A DNA stretch of 64,000 nucleotides from Deltaproteobacteria bacterium (lineage in GTDB: Bacteria; Myxococcota; Kuafuiibacteriia; Kuafuiibacteriales; Kuafuiibacteriaceae): positions 114,508-178,507 of the forward strand of contig JAVJQW010000055.1 of the NCBI GenBank assembly GCA_040218735.1. Reading direction: 5' to 3'. The position numbers and the translations under genes are program-made. Numbering within the stretch: the first letter of the stretch is position 1; every line of letters begins with the position of its first letter. The notes under the pieces are model-generated. The model made no database searches and was not told the origin of the DNA. It saw nothing but the letters and a program-made list of their open reading frames with translations. Below are positions 10,011 to 18,803 of this stretch, in pieces.

Positions 10011-10346
10011 ATGCGCCGGTTTGCGTTGGTGCTGTTGCTCGCGGCGTGTGACCCGGGGGTGGACCTCGCGGCGCCGGGGACGGTCTGCGCCGATGCGCAG
10101 GACCACTTCCTGGAGTGCGGTGTTGCGCTCGGCATCCTGTCGGGCTCGACGTGCTCCGGCCCGGGGCGACTCGTCGCGGAGTGTGTGGTGGAGCGCGCCG
10201 GGTCGTGTGAGCGGCTCGCGTCGATCACCTACGACCAGTGCATCGCGGAGGCGGCGGAGCGCGCCGCGGAAGCCGCGGACGGACCGGGCTTCGACCCGGT
10301 CAACCTGTTCAACCGGGCGCGGGACCAAGAGGAGGATGATTCATGA
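10011..10346 (+). CDS. Small Cys-rich lipoprotein
   Basis: MRRFALVLLLAAC lipobox; 6 further Cys; fills the gap between lipase and MMPL. Confidence 0.7.
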   Translation: MRRFALVLLLAACDPGVDLAAPGTVCADAQDHFLECGVALGILSGSTCSGPGRLVAECVVERAGSCERLASITYDQCIAEAAERAAEAADGPGFDPVNLFNRARDQEEDDS

Positions 10347-12718
10347 GGCACCTGACGGGATTCGAAGCGAAGGGGCGACGCATCGCCGAGCTGGTCCTCG
10401 CGCACCCGAAGAAGACCGTCGCGGCGTCGCTCGTGACGTTTGTCGCGTTCGCCGCCGGGCTCGTGTTCTCCGCGTTCTCGACCGACTACCGCATCTTCTT
10501 CTCGGCGGAGGACCCGCAGCTGCTGGCGTTCGAGCAGCTCGAGCGCGTGTTCACCAAGACGGACAACGTGTTGTTCGTCGTGCACGACACCCGCGGTGAC
10601 GTGTTCGATCGCGACACCCTCGCGTCGGTTCAGGCCATCACCGAGGCGGCGTGGAAGCTCCCCTACGCGAGCCGCGTCGACTCCCTCACGAACTTCCGCA
10701 GCACACGCGCCGAAGACGAAGATCTGATCGTCGAGTCGCTGCTGAAGACGCCGGCCGCGAAGGCTTCGGACGCCGAGCTCCTCCGCGTGCGCGAGGCCGC
10801 AACGAGTGAGCCGCTGCTGGTCGGCGCGCTGCTGTCGCGTGACTACGCGACGACCGCCGTCAACGTGACGCTCCGCCTCCCCCGGAAGAGCCCGACGGAG
10901 GTCACCGATACCGCCGCCGCCGCGCGTGCGTTGGCGGCCGAGATCCAGGCTGCGCACCCCGGGCTCGAGGTTCGTGCGTGCGGGATGGCGCTGATGAACG
11001 ACGCGTTCATGGAGGCGTCCATCGAGGACATGTCGACGATCGTCCCGATCATGTACGCGGTGATGCTGCTCGTCATGATGCTGCTGCTGCGGAGCGGGCG
11101 GGCGACGGCGGCGATCGTCGCGATCGTTGCGCTCGCGTCGGGGGCGACCATGGGGCTCGGCGGGTGGCTCGGCTATCCGCTCACGCCGGTGACGGCTTCG
11201 GCGCCGACGATCGTACTCACCCTCGCGGTCGCCGACGGCGTGCATATCTTTTCGTCGGTTCGCGAATATCTCGCGGCGGGCTACGACCGCCGAAACGCGG
11301 TCATCGAGTCACTCACGATCAATTTCCGTCCGGTGGTGCTCACCAGCGTGACGACGATGATCGGGTTCCTCTGTCTCAACTTCGCGGAAGCGCCTCCGTA
11401 CTGGCACCTCGCAAACATGACCTCGGTGGGGATCCTGTTTGCGTTGGTCTTCTCGGTGACGCTCCTGCCCGTGATGCTCGTGTGGCTCGACATCACGGAG
11501 CGCGCGGATGCTCCGAAGCGGTACGCGTGGCTGGATCGCTTCGCGGTCTTCGCGATCTCCGCCCCGAAGCTTTCGCTCGCGGTGGCGGCGGTGGCGACCG
11601 CAGTGCTCGGTCTCGCGGCCGCGCGCCTGCAATCCAACGATCACTTCCTGCAGTACTTCGACCACTCGATCGAGTTCCGCGGCGACGCGGAGTTCACGAT
11701 GGAGCACCTCTCGGGGATCTACACGCTGGAGTACGCGATCGAGAGCGGCGAGGAGGGTGGGATCTCCGAGCCCGCGTATCTGGAGCGCCTCGAAGCGTTC
11801 ACCGGGTGGCTCCGTGCACAGCCCGAGGTCGACCACGTCTACAGCTACACGGACATCGTGAAGCGGCTGAACCGCGACCTGAACGGGGGCGACACCGCAT
11901 TCATGAAGCTCCCAGAGAGCCGCGAGCTCGCGAGTCAGTACCTTGTGCTCTACGAGATGTCGCTACCGTTCGGCCTCGACCTCACCGACCGCGTCGACAT
12001 CAAGAAGTCCGCGACGCGTGTGTCGGTGATCGCCAAGGACCTCTCCAGCAGTCAGATGAAGGCGTTCAAGGAGCGCTCGGAGCACTGGCTGAAACGCAAC
12101 ACCCCCCAACCCATGCACGCCCTCGCGACGAGCCCGGTGGTGATCTTCTCGCACCTCGCGGACCGGAACACGAAGAGCATGATGCGCGGGAACGTCGCGT
12201 CGCTGGTGATGATCTCGCTGTGCCTCATCCTCGCGCTCGCGAGCCTGAGGCTTGGGCTGCTGTCGATCATCCCGAACGTCCTCCCGATCGTCTTCGGCTA
12301 CGGGTTGTGGTCGTTGATGTTCTCGGAGATCAACATCGTCGCGTCGATCGTGGGGACGATCTGCCTCGGCATCATCGTCGACGACACGATTCACTTTCTG
12401 TCGAAGTTCCAGTTCAAGCGGCGCGTCGAGGGGCTCGATGCTCGGAGCGCCGTCATCGAGACGATCAAGAACGTCGGTCCTGCGCTGATCGTCACCACGC
12501 TCATCCTGGGGTGTGGGTTCGGCGTCCTCACGCAGTCCGGCTTCCAGATGAACCAGTACCTGGGATTGATGACCGTGATGGTCGTCGGCTTCGCGCTCGT
12601 CGCGGACCTGCTGATCCTCCCGCCGCTACTCGTGGCGCTCGAAGGGCGCCGACGTCCCGCAGAGACGTACACCAATGAATTCTCCCCGTCCGCGCACGGG
12701 GCCCGAGGAGTGCTCTGA
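10343..12718 (+). CDS. MMPL/RND family transporter
   Basis: Two TM bundles, AVADGVH and GIIVDDTIH motifs, LTSVTTMIGF. Confidence 0.9.
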   Translation: MRHLTGFEAKGRRIAELVLAHPKKTVAASLVTFVAFAAGLVFSAFSTDYRIFFSAEDPQLLAFEQLERVFTKTDNVLFVVHDTRGDVFDRDTLASVQAITEAAWKLPYASRVDSLTNFRSTRAEDEDLIVESLLKTPAAKASDAELLRVREAATSEPLLVGALLSRDYATTAVNVTLRLPRKSPTEVTDTAAAARALAAEIQAAHPGLEVRACGMALMNDAFMEASIEDMSTIVPIMYAVMLLVMMLLLRSGRATAAIVAIVALASGATMGLGGWLGYPLTPVTASAPTIVLTLAVADGVHIFSSVREYLAAGYDRRNAVIESLTINFRPVVLTSVTTMIGFLCLNFAEAPPYWHLANMTSVGILFALVFSVTLLPVMLVWLDITERADAPKRYAWLDRFAVFAISAPKLSLAVAAVATAVLGLAAARLQSNDHFLQYFDHSIEFRGDAEFTMEHLSGIYTLEYAIESGEEGGISEPAYLERLEAFTGWLRAQPEVDHVYSYTDIVKRLNRDLNGGDTAFMKLPESRELASQYLVLYEMSLPFGLDLTDRVDIKKSATRVSVIAKDLSSSQMKAFKERSEHWLKRNTPQPMHALATSPVVIFSHLADRNTKSMMRGNVASLVMISLCLILALASLRLGLLSIIPNVLPIVFGYGLWSLMFSEINIVASIVGTICLGIIVDDTIHFLSKFQFKRRVEGLDARSAVIETIKNVGPALIVTTLILGCGFGVLTQSGFQMNQYLGLMTVMVVGFALVADLLILPPLLVALEGRRRPAETYTNEFSPSAHGARGVL

Positions 12719-12719
12719 G

Positions 12720-13511
12720 ATGAAGAAATCCACTACGATCACCGCCGTCGCGAGCGTTCTGCTCGCCGCCCCCGTCGCCTTCGCAGCGCTCGACCGCGGC
12801 GAAGAGATCGCAAAGAAAGTCGCCGCCGCCAACCTGGGGTACGGGGACATGACCGCGCACCTCGAGATGATCCTCGAGGACGCCGAGGGGCAGTCGAGCC
12901 GCCGCGTCATGCGCGTGAAGTCGCTCGAGCGCCGCGCCGCCGACCAGGGTGACCTCTCCCTCGTGGTCTTCGAGAGCCCGCGCGACGTGAAGGGCATGGC
13001 GCTCCTCTCCCACGCGGGGGTCCTCGACGGTGACGAGCAGTGGCTCTACCTTCCCGCCGCCAAGCGGGTCCGGCGCATCGCCGGCGGAAACACGTCGGGG
13101 CCGTTCGTCGGGAGTGAGTTCGCCTACGAGGACATCACGGGCACCGAAGTCGGAAAGTACGCCTGGCACTACGTCGCCGAGGGCCAGTGCCCCGGCGCCG
13201 CAGGGAAGTGCTTCCAACTCGAGTCGCGCCCGAAGTACGACGACTCCGGCTACAGCCGCCGGGTGGTGTGGGTCGACGAGTCGGCCTACCGGGTACACAA
13301 GATCGACTTCTACGATCGACGCGACGCGCTCCTGAAGACGCTCACGTACAAGAACTACAAGCAGCACGGTAAGTTCTGGCGGGCCGGTGAGTGGGAGATG
13401 AAGAACCACCAGAGCGGCAAGAAGACCCGGCTGGTGTTCACCGACTTCTCGTTCGGCAACGGCTTCGAAGAGAGTGACTTCCACCGCTCCGTGCTGAAGC
13501 GCATCCGCTGA
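12720..13511 (+). CDS. Outer-membrane lipoprotein-sorting protein (LolA-like)
   Basis: Signal peptide; FESPRDVKGMALL, QWLYLPAAKRVRRI, FVGSEFAYED. Confidence 0.85.
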   Translation: MKKSTTITAVASVLLAAPVAFAALDRGEEIAKKVAAANLGYGDMTAHLEMILEDAEGQSSRRVMRVKSLERRAADQGDLSLVVFESPRDVKGMALLSHAGVLDGDEQWLYLPAAKRVRRIAGGNTSGPFVGSEFAYEDITGTEVGKYAWHYVAEGQCPGAAGKCFQLESRPKYDDSGYSRRVVWVDESAYRVHKIDFYDRRDALLKTLTYKNYKQHGKFWRAGEWEMKNHQSGKKTRLVFTDFSFGNGFEESDFHRSVLKRIR

Positions 13512-13522
13512 GGAGCGACCCA

Positions 13523-14710
13523 GTGGTGCGTACGTCTCTCGTTCTGCTCGCGCTGTTCGTGTCCTCCAACGCGTACGCGCTGGAGATCGCGGGAGACGTA
13601 CGTGCGGACGGTCGGGTGTTCCTGGCCGCGCCGCGGCACCTCGGACAACGGCTCGGGACGGCGCCGTCGGTCGCGATCTCACCCATCGCTTCGGTGCAGA
13701 CCGACGACCTGACCCACACGCTGACGGTGCAACCCTTCTTGCGCGTGGACGCCGCCGACGCCGCGCGCACGCATTGGGATCTTCGGCAGGCGGACTATCA
13801 GTTCGCGACGGGTGGGTTCTCGTTCGGCGCGGGCATCGGGACGTTCACGTCCGGCGTCCTCGATACACACCGCGTCGTCGACGTCGTGAATCAGCGGGAT
13901 CTCGTCGAGGACCTCGACGGCAGCGTGAAGCTGGGGCAGCCGTACGTGGGTATCGGCTACGCGACGGGGCCGTGGGCGTTTACGTTCCAGTACCTGCCGT
14001 ATCACCGCAAACGGACGTTCCCGGGCGAGCGCGGTCGACTCCGGTTCCCGCTCCTGGTCGACGACGACGAGGTCCTCTACGAGTCCAAGCTGGGCCCCTG
14101 GCACCCGTCCTTCGCGGCGCGCGCTTCGGTCGCCACGGGGCCCTTCGACATCGGAGTTTCTGGGTTCTCGGGCTTGTCGCGCGAGCCGCGGTTCTTCGGT
14201 CAGATCTTCGATGCCTCGGCGGTGGTTCCGCAGTACGACTTCTTGCAGCAGGCGGCGGTCGACGCGCAGTGGACGCTCGACGCGTTGATCATCAAGGGGG
14301 AGGCCGCGGCGCGGTGGTGGTCGAAGGACCTCCGCTTCTTCGTCGCCGCGGGCGGCGGCGCCGAGTACCACTTCTACGATCTGTGGGGCACGGGCGCGGA
14401 CCTCGCGTTCCTCGCCGAGTACCACTTCGACGGACGCGCGCCGGACGCGCCGGTCGCGTTCTTCGACAACGACGTCGTCACCGGCCTGCGCCTCGCGATC
14501 AACGACACCGGCGACACCCAATTCATCGCCGGCGTCGTCCGCGACCTCGCGAACACCGCGACGTACGCCCGCGCGCAGATCTTCCGCCGCTTCGGCGACC
14601 GCTGGCGCGCGGCGCTCGAGGCGCGGATGTTCCTCGGTCAGGAAGGCCAGCTCGAGAGCGGCCTCCTCGACGACGACTACCTGCAGGGGAGCGTGGTCTA
14701 CTTCTTCTGA
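13523..14710 (+). CDS. Putative outer-membrane beta-barrel protein
   Basis: Signal peptide, VDVVNQRDLVED motif, alternating beta strands, C-terminal YFF; typical MMPL-LolA neighbour. Confidence 0.7.
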   Translation: MVRTSLVLLALFVSSNAYALEIAGDVRADGRVFLAAPRHLGQRLGTAPSVAISPIASVQTDDLTHTLTVQPFLRVDAADAARTHWDLRQADYQFATGGFSFGAGIGTFTSGVLDTHRVVDVVNQRDLVEDLDGSVKLGQPYVGIGYATGPWAFTFQYLPYHRKRTFPGERGRLRFPLLVDDDEVLYESKLGPWHPSFAARASVATGPFDIGVSGFSGLSREPRFFGQIFDASAVVPQYDFLQQAAVDAQWTLDALIIKGEAAARWWSKDLRFFVAAGGGAEYHFYDLWGTGADLAFLAEYHFDGRAPDAPVAFFDNDVVTGLRLAINDTGDTQFIAGVVRDLANTATYARAQIFRRFGDRWRAALEARMFLGQEGQLESGLLDDDYLQGSVVYFF

Positions 14711-14713
14711 GCG

Positions 14714-15049
14714 CTAGGTCTTCAGCGCTTCGAATCCATCCTTCGGGAATCCCACGAAGAGCTTCTTCCCCGAGCGAATCAGCGGCGCGCGCAGGTTGCC
14801 CGTGGGGCCCAGCATCGCGGCGACGATCGTGTCGCGGTCGTCCTTCTTCGGGTCGAAGCGAGTCAGCTTCGTGCCCTTGGCGACGTGGACTTCGGTCGCG
14901 CCGTCGAGCAGCTGCTCCGCGTAGTCCCGTCCGAGTTTCTTGCTCGCCGACACCGTCTCTTTCGGCTCGGCGGACGCTTGCGCGAGAAACTCCCGCGCTC
15001 GTTTGCAAGACGTTCAACCGTTGCGGTGGTAGTACCAGTCGATCTTCAT
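14714..15049 (-). CDS. ArsC/thioredoxin-fold (seleno)protein with in-frame UGA (UxxC)
   Basis: ATG at 15049 overlaps upstream stop; MKIDWYYHRNG-TGA(15014-15016)-TSCKRAREFL... continues in frame to LGPTGNLRAPLIRSGKKLFVGF. Confidence 0.85.
14980..14998 (-). promoter_or_regulatory. Candidate bacterial SECIS hairpin
   Basis: mRNA GCGCGGGAGUUUCUCGCGC begins 16 nt after the UGA; 7-8 bp stem (one G-U) with G in the apical loop. Confidence 0.6.
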
Positions 15050-16473
15050 CGCGCCGCCTCGTTAGCGGGTCGTGCTGAGATACGCAACCGATCACGTCGA
15101 AGCGCCGATCGCACGACCTTTCCGCGCTCGGAGCGAGGCAACACCTCCACGAGCTCGACGGAGGCCGGGACCATGTACACCGGCAGCGCGCGCCGGCACG
15201 CGGCCTGGATGTCCGCAGCTGAGAGCCGGGCGTTCGGCTCGAGGACCACGTGCGCCACGACGCGTTCCCCCGTCCGCCGATCCGGCACGCCGACCACCGC
15301 GCAGGCATGAACGCCGGGTAGGGCGTCGATCGCCGCTTCGATCTCCCGTGGGCCGACGCGGTGGCCTGCGACCGAGATCATGTCGTCGCGGCGCCCGACG
15401 ATGAAGAGGTAGCCGTCTTCGTCCAGGTAACCCATGTCGCGGGTTCGGAGCCACCCGTCCCGAACGACTTCGGCCGTCGCGGCCGGGTCACCCAGGTAAC
15501 CGGACATGACGTTGTCGCCGCGCGCGAAGATCTCACCGAGCACATGGGCCGGCGCCGGCGCGCCGTCGTCGACGCGCACCGAAATCTCGACGCCCGGGAT
15601 CGCGATACCCACCGAGCCGGGTTTTCGGTCGAGGTCTTCGGGCGGGAGATAACTCAGGCGCGCCGAAGCCTCGGTCTGCCCGTACATGCAGAAGAGCCGG
15701 GCGTTCGAGAACGCGCGGCGCACGCGGGTTGCGAGAGGCGTGGGCATCGGTGCACCGGCCTGGGTCACGTAGCGAAGGCTCGTGAGGTCGTAGGTTGCGA
15801 TGCCGGGGGTGTCCAAAATCCGCAGAAACGTCGAAGGCACCGCCGAAAGACCGGTGCAGCGGTAGGTCTGAATCGTGTCGAGGAGCGGTCCGACGAACGC
15901 GGCGGATCCGGCCTCGACGATCGTACCGCCCGCGTGGAGTTGAGTATTCAGGACCGAGAACCCATACGCGTGGTGGTTCGGGAGGCACGCCGCGACTCGA
16001 TCCTGATCGGACAGCCCGAGGTATTCCACGATGGCGCGGGTGTTGGCTTCGATGTTGGCGTGCGTGAGCATGACGCCCTTGGGCTCCGCCGTGGTCCCCG
16101 AGGTGTGAAAGATCATCGCGACGTCCGCGCCGACGTCACGACGCTGCGGTGTCCTTGGCTCGATCTGGTCCCGCGACCGCACGACGAGGCACGCCCCGGC
16201 GCGCTCGGCGATCTCCGCGTAGCGTTTATCGCCTTCCCCCAGCGGAATCGAGACGGCGCCCGCCATCGAGGCGCCGTAGGTCGCGACGAGGAAGTCCAGA
16301 CCCCGCGTCATGACGACGACACGATCGCCCGGACCGACGCCGAGCCGTGCGGCGAAGTCGCGGACCAGAGTGAGCAGCCGGCCGTAGGTCGTGACCTCGT
16401 CCGCGTCGACATGTGCGATGCGCTCGGGATCTTCGAGCGCGTGCCGAATGAGTGCGTCGTGAATCGCGGTCAT
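15046..16473 (-). CDS. Class I adenylate-forming enzyme (acyl-CoA ligase-like)
   Basis: IFHTSGTTAEPKGVMLTH, MYGQTEA, WLRTRDMG, GRRDDMI, LPRSERGKV. Confidence 0.9.
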   Translation of the reverse strand: MTAIHDALIRHALEDPERIAHVDADEVTTYGRLLTLVRDFAARLGVGPGDRVVVMTRGLDFLVATYGASMAGAVSIPLGEGDKRYAEIAERAGACLVVRSRDQIEPRTPQRRDVGADVAMIFHTSGTTAEPKGVMLTHANIEANTRAIVEYLGLSDQDRVAACLPNHHAYGFSVLNTQLHAGGTIVEAGSAAFVGPLLDTIQTYRCTGLSAVPSTFLRILDTPGIATYDLTSLRYVTQAGAPMPTPLATRVRRAFSNARLFCMYGQTEASARLSYLPPEDLDRKPGSVGIAIPGVEISVRVDDGAPAPAHVLGEIFARGDNVMSGYLGDPAATAEVVRDGWLRTRDMGYLDEDGYLFIVGRRDDMISVAGHRVGPREIEAAIDALPGVHACAVVGVPDRRTGERVVAHVVLEPNARLSAADIQAACRRALPVYMVPASVELVEVLPRSERGKVVRSALRRDRLRISARPANEAAR

Positions 16474-17294
16474 GGGTAGCTCCCTCCGGCCGGCACCACG
16501 GTCCCGATGTCGAGCGTGGCGCCGGCGGCGATTTTCGCGCGCGCGCCGACGATGACTCCGCGGTCGATGGTCACGCCGTGGCCGATGCGCGCGGCGTCGC
16601 CGATCTGGACGTCGCTGTGGAGCCAACACCCCGGACCGAGGCGAGCCGCGCCGCCGACTGTGCAGCCCGGACCAATGAGGCACTCCGCACCCACGATGCT
16701 GCCGTCCCCCACGTAGACGCCGGGGCCGACCTTCACACTCTCCAGGAGCTGCGCGCCCCGGCCGATTCGCACCGGCGCGAGGGTCAGCGTCCGGCCCATG
16801 GCCGCGTGACACGCGATGACGACGCCGGCGGAGATCTGCGCGTCGCGTTCGACGGCGATCAGGGAGGGGTCGAGCATCACCGGATCCGAGGAGCTCTGAA
16901 AGCCGAACGCGACGCGCGCGCCGAGCGCTCGGAGCATGAGCGTGCGCAGCGTGGTCGTCGAGAACATCAACGGTCGCCACACCGGGAGATACATGACGCG
17001 CATGAGCGCGAAGTGCAGGAGCCACACGATGACGCCACGGTCCTTCGGGACCGCGTAGATTCCTGCTTCGAGCTTCGGGAGGAGGTTTCGGACGAGCCAC
17101 GCCATGGCGCAGAGGCCGACGAGGTAGAGGAGCACACCGATGGGGAGGAGCAGCGCTTGGACGATCGGCGCCAGCGCCAGTCGTTGGTGTACGGCGACGA
17201 GCGCAGCGGCAGGGGGCCCCGCGATCGTCAAGAACATCGCGACGAAAAGTGCGTCGAACGCCACGTACATCGAGGTGGGGACATCGGCTTTCAT
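16470..17294 (-). CDS. Membrane-anchored hexapeptide-repeat (LbH) acyltransferase-like protein
   Basis: Two N-terminal TM helices, GIYAV...W, LRALGARV, long [IV]Gxxxx repeats. Confidence 0.75.
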   Translation of the reverse strand: MKADVPTSMYVAFDALFVAMFLTIAGPPAAALVAVHQRLALAPIVQALLLPIGVLLYLVGLCAMAWLVRNLLPKLEAGIYAVPKDRGVIVWLLHFALMRVMYLPVWRPLMFSTTTLRTLMLRALGARVAFGFQSSSDPVMLDPSLIAVERDAQISAGVVIACHAAMGRTLTLAPVRIGRGAQLLESVKVGPGVYVGDGSIVGAECLIGPGCTVGGAARLGPGCWLHSDVQIGDAARIGHGVTIDRGVIVGARAKIAAGATLDIGTVVPAGGSYP

Positions 17295-18790
17295 GACAGA
17301 GGCTCCTGCACCAGCAGACGGGGTTTGGTCTGGGCGTGTCCGCGTTTGAAGGCGAACGACGGGTGATCGGGCGCGACGCGGCGCGCGGTGAGCGGGTCGA
17401 GCGTCCCGTTTGCGACGTACCGTCGGTAGATCGGGTTGAGCTCTGCGAGTGCGAGCTCCACCGCCGAGACCTCTCCGGGCGCGATGGGTTCGTCCACGCA
17501 CAACTCGAGCCCGCGGCCCGACGCCGCAGGAGCGACGAGGCACGATCGATCGCGGGTGAGTTGCTTCAGCACCTCCACCAGCTCTGCTTCGCTGACGGAG
17601 GCGGGGCCGAGGCTGATCTGGTTGGCGCTCTTGTGCGAGAAATGAACGATGGGAGATCGGTGAAAATAGCCCGTGCACGTCACGACGTCCTGAAGCCGAT
17701 AGCGCACCAAACCCATCGCCGTGGTGAGTACGAGCTCGTAGGATTGCCCGGGTTCCAGCGCCCACATGGGGACGAGGTTCCGCGCGTGAGGCTCCATCCC
17801 CAGCGGGAGGAGCTCGAACACGTGGGCTCCGGGGTGGAGGGGGCCCCCGGGTGCGCCGTCGGCGCGCGGGACGTTCATCCACCCCTCGGTCGCGGAGTAG
17901 GTCGCGTCGACGAACGGGACGCCGCCGACCACGCGCCGGAGCGCGGGGAGCTGCAGACCGCACGTGGATGACTTCCAGCAGATGACCGCCTGGAGGGTGG
18001 GCCAGAGCGCTCCGAGGTCATCACCGCCGTCGAGGACCGAACGGATGAGATCGCGTCGAGCGTCGTCGAGTCGGGCCGGTGGGAGCGGCGCCGGCGGCTG
18101 CGCGCGGCCGGCGAGGATCGGCTCGTACAGGGCGCGGTTCGCGCCGAGGTTTTCGAAGAAACGAGAGATCGCCGCCGGGGTGATGCCGACCATCGCGCTC
18201 AGGTCGGTGGCGACGGCGTAGAGCGGCCCCCATCGCGAGAACGATTCTTCGCTCGCGAGGACCTCGATCGGGAACCCATACAACCTACGCAGGAACGCGG
18301 GGATCGTGCGGTAGTTGAAGTGACTGATGAGTCCGACTTCGACGCCGGAGGGCGAGAACTCAACGGGTTTCGTGGCCGCGAAGTACAGCACCGGACGTGA
18401 CAAGAGCTTCGGAAATCTGGAGGTGAGTCCTCGGAGGAAGGCCGGCGTCGTAGTCTGGAACTGGCGACGGTAGGTCGGTGTGATGGGGAAGAGTTTTCGG
18501 GGGCCTGTTGTTCCGGTGCTCTCGGACCAGTAGAGGATGGGTTCCGCCGACAGCTCGGAGCGCTCCTTCGCGAAGCTCCGCGTCAGCGCGTCGCGGTAGT
18601 CGTCGTACGTGGTGAGCGCGAAGTCGGACAGCGAGGCCGCCCCGCCGCGCCAGAAGGGCGAACGCCGAAGGACGCGCCACGTCTCGGCCCACACCCGCGC
18701 CTGTGCGCGTTCGGGGTTCTGACAGTCGCGCACGAAGGCGCGGTGCGGAAGGAGCGTGCTCGCGCGGAGCAGCGGGCGTGCGATGTTCAT
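17291..18790 (-). CDS. GH3 family acyl-adenylate/amido synthetase
   Basis: LTTYDDY, STGTTGPRKLFPIT, YSATEG, YELVLTTAMGLVRYRLQDVV, QTKPR. Confidence 0.85.
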   Translation of the reverse strand: MNIARPLLRASTLLPHRAFVRDCQNPERAQARVWAETWRVLRRSPFWRGGAASLSDFALTTYDDYRDALTRSFAKERSELSAEPILYWSESTGTTGPRKLFPITPTYRRQFQTTTPAFLRGLTSRFPKLLSRPVLYFAATKPVEFSPSGVEVGLISHFNYRTIPAFLRRLYGFPIEVLASEESFSRWGPLYAVATDLSAMVGITPAAISRFFENLGANRALYEPILAGRAQPPAPLPPARLDDARRDLIRSVLDGGDDLGALWPTLQAVICWKSSTCGLQLPALRRVVGGVPFVDATYSATEGWMNVPRADGAPGGPLHPGAHVFELLPLGMEPHARNLVPMWALEPGQSYELVLTTAMGLVRYRLQDVVTCTGYFHRSPIVHFSHKSANQISLGPASVSEAELVEVLKQLTRDRSCLVAPAASGRGLELCVDEPIAPGEVSAVELALAELNPIYRRYVANGTLDPLTARRVAPDHPSFAFKRGHAQTKPRLLVQEPLS

Positions 18791-18803
18791 GGTGTCGTCC
18801 TCC

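Noticed and set aside
14714-14953. 79-aa ORF or pseudogene reading of the ArsC-like gene
   Set aside because: TGA lies at the redox Cys position with a coupled ATG and a downstream hairpin; recoding is the better explanation
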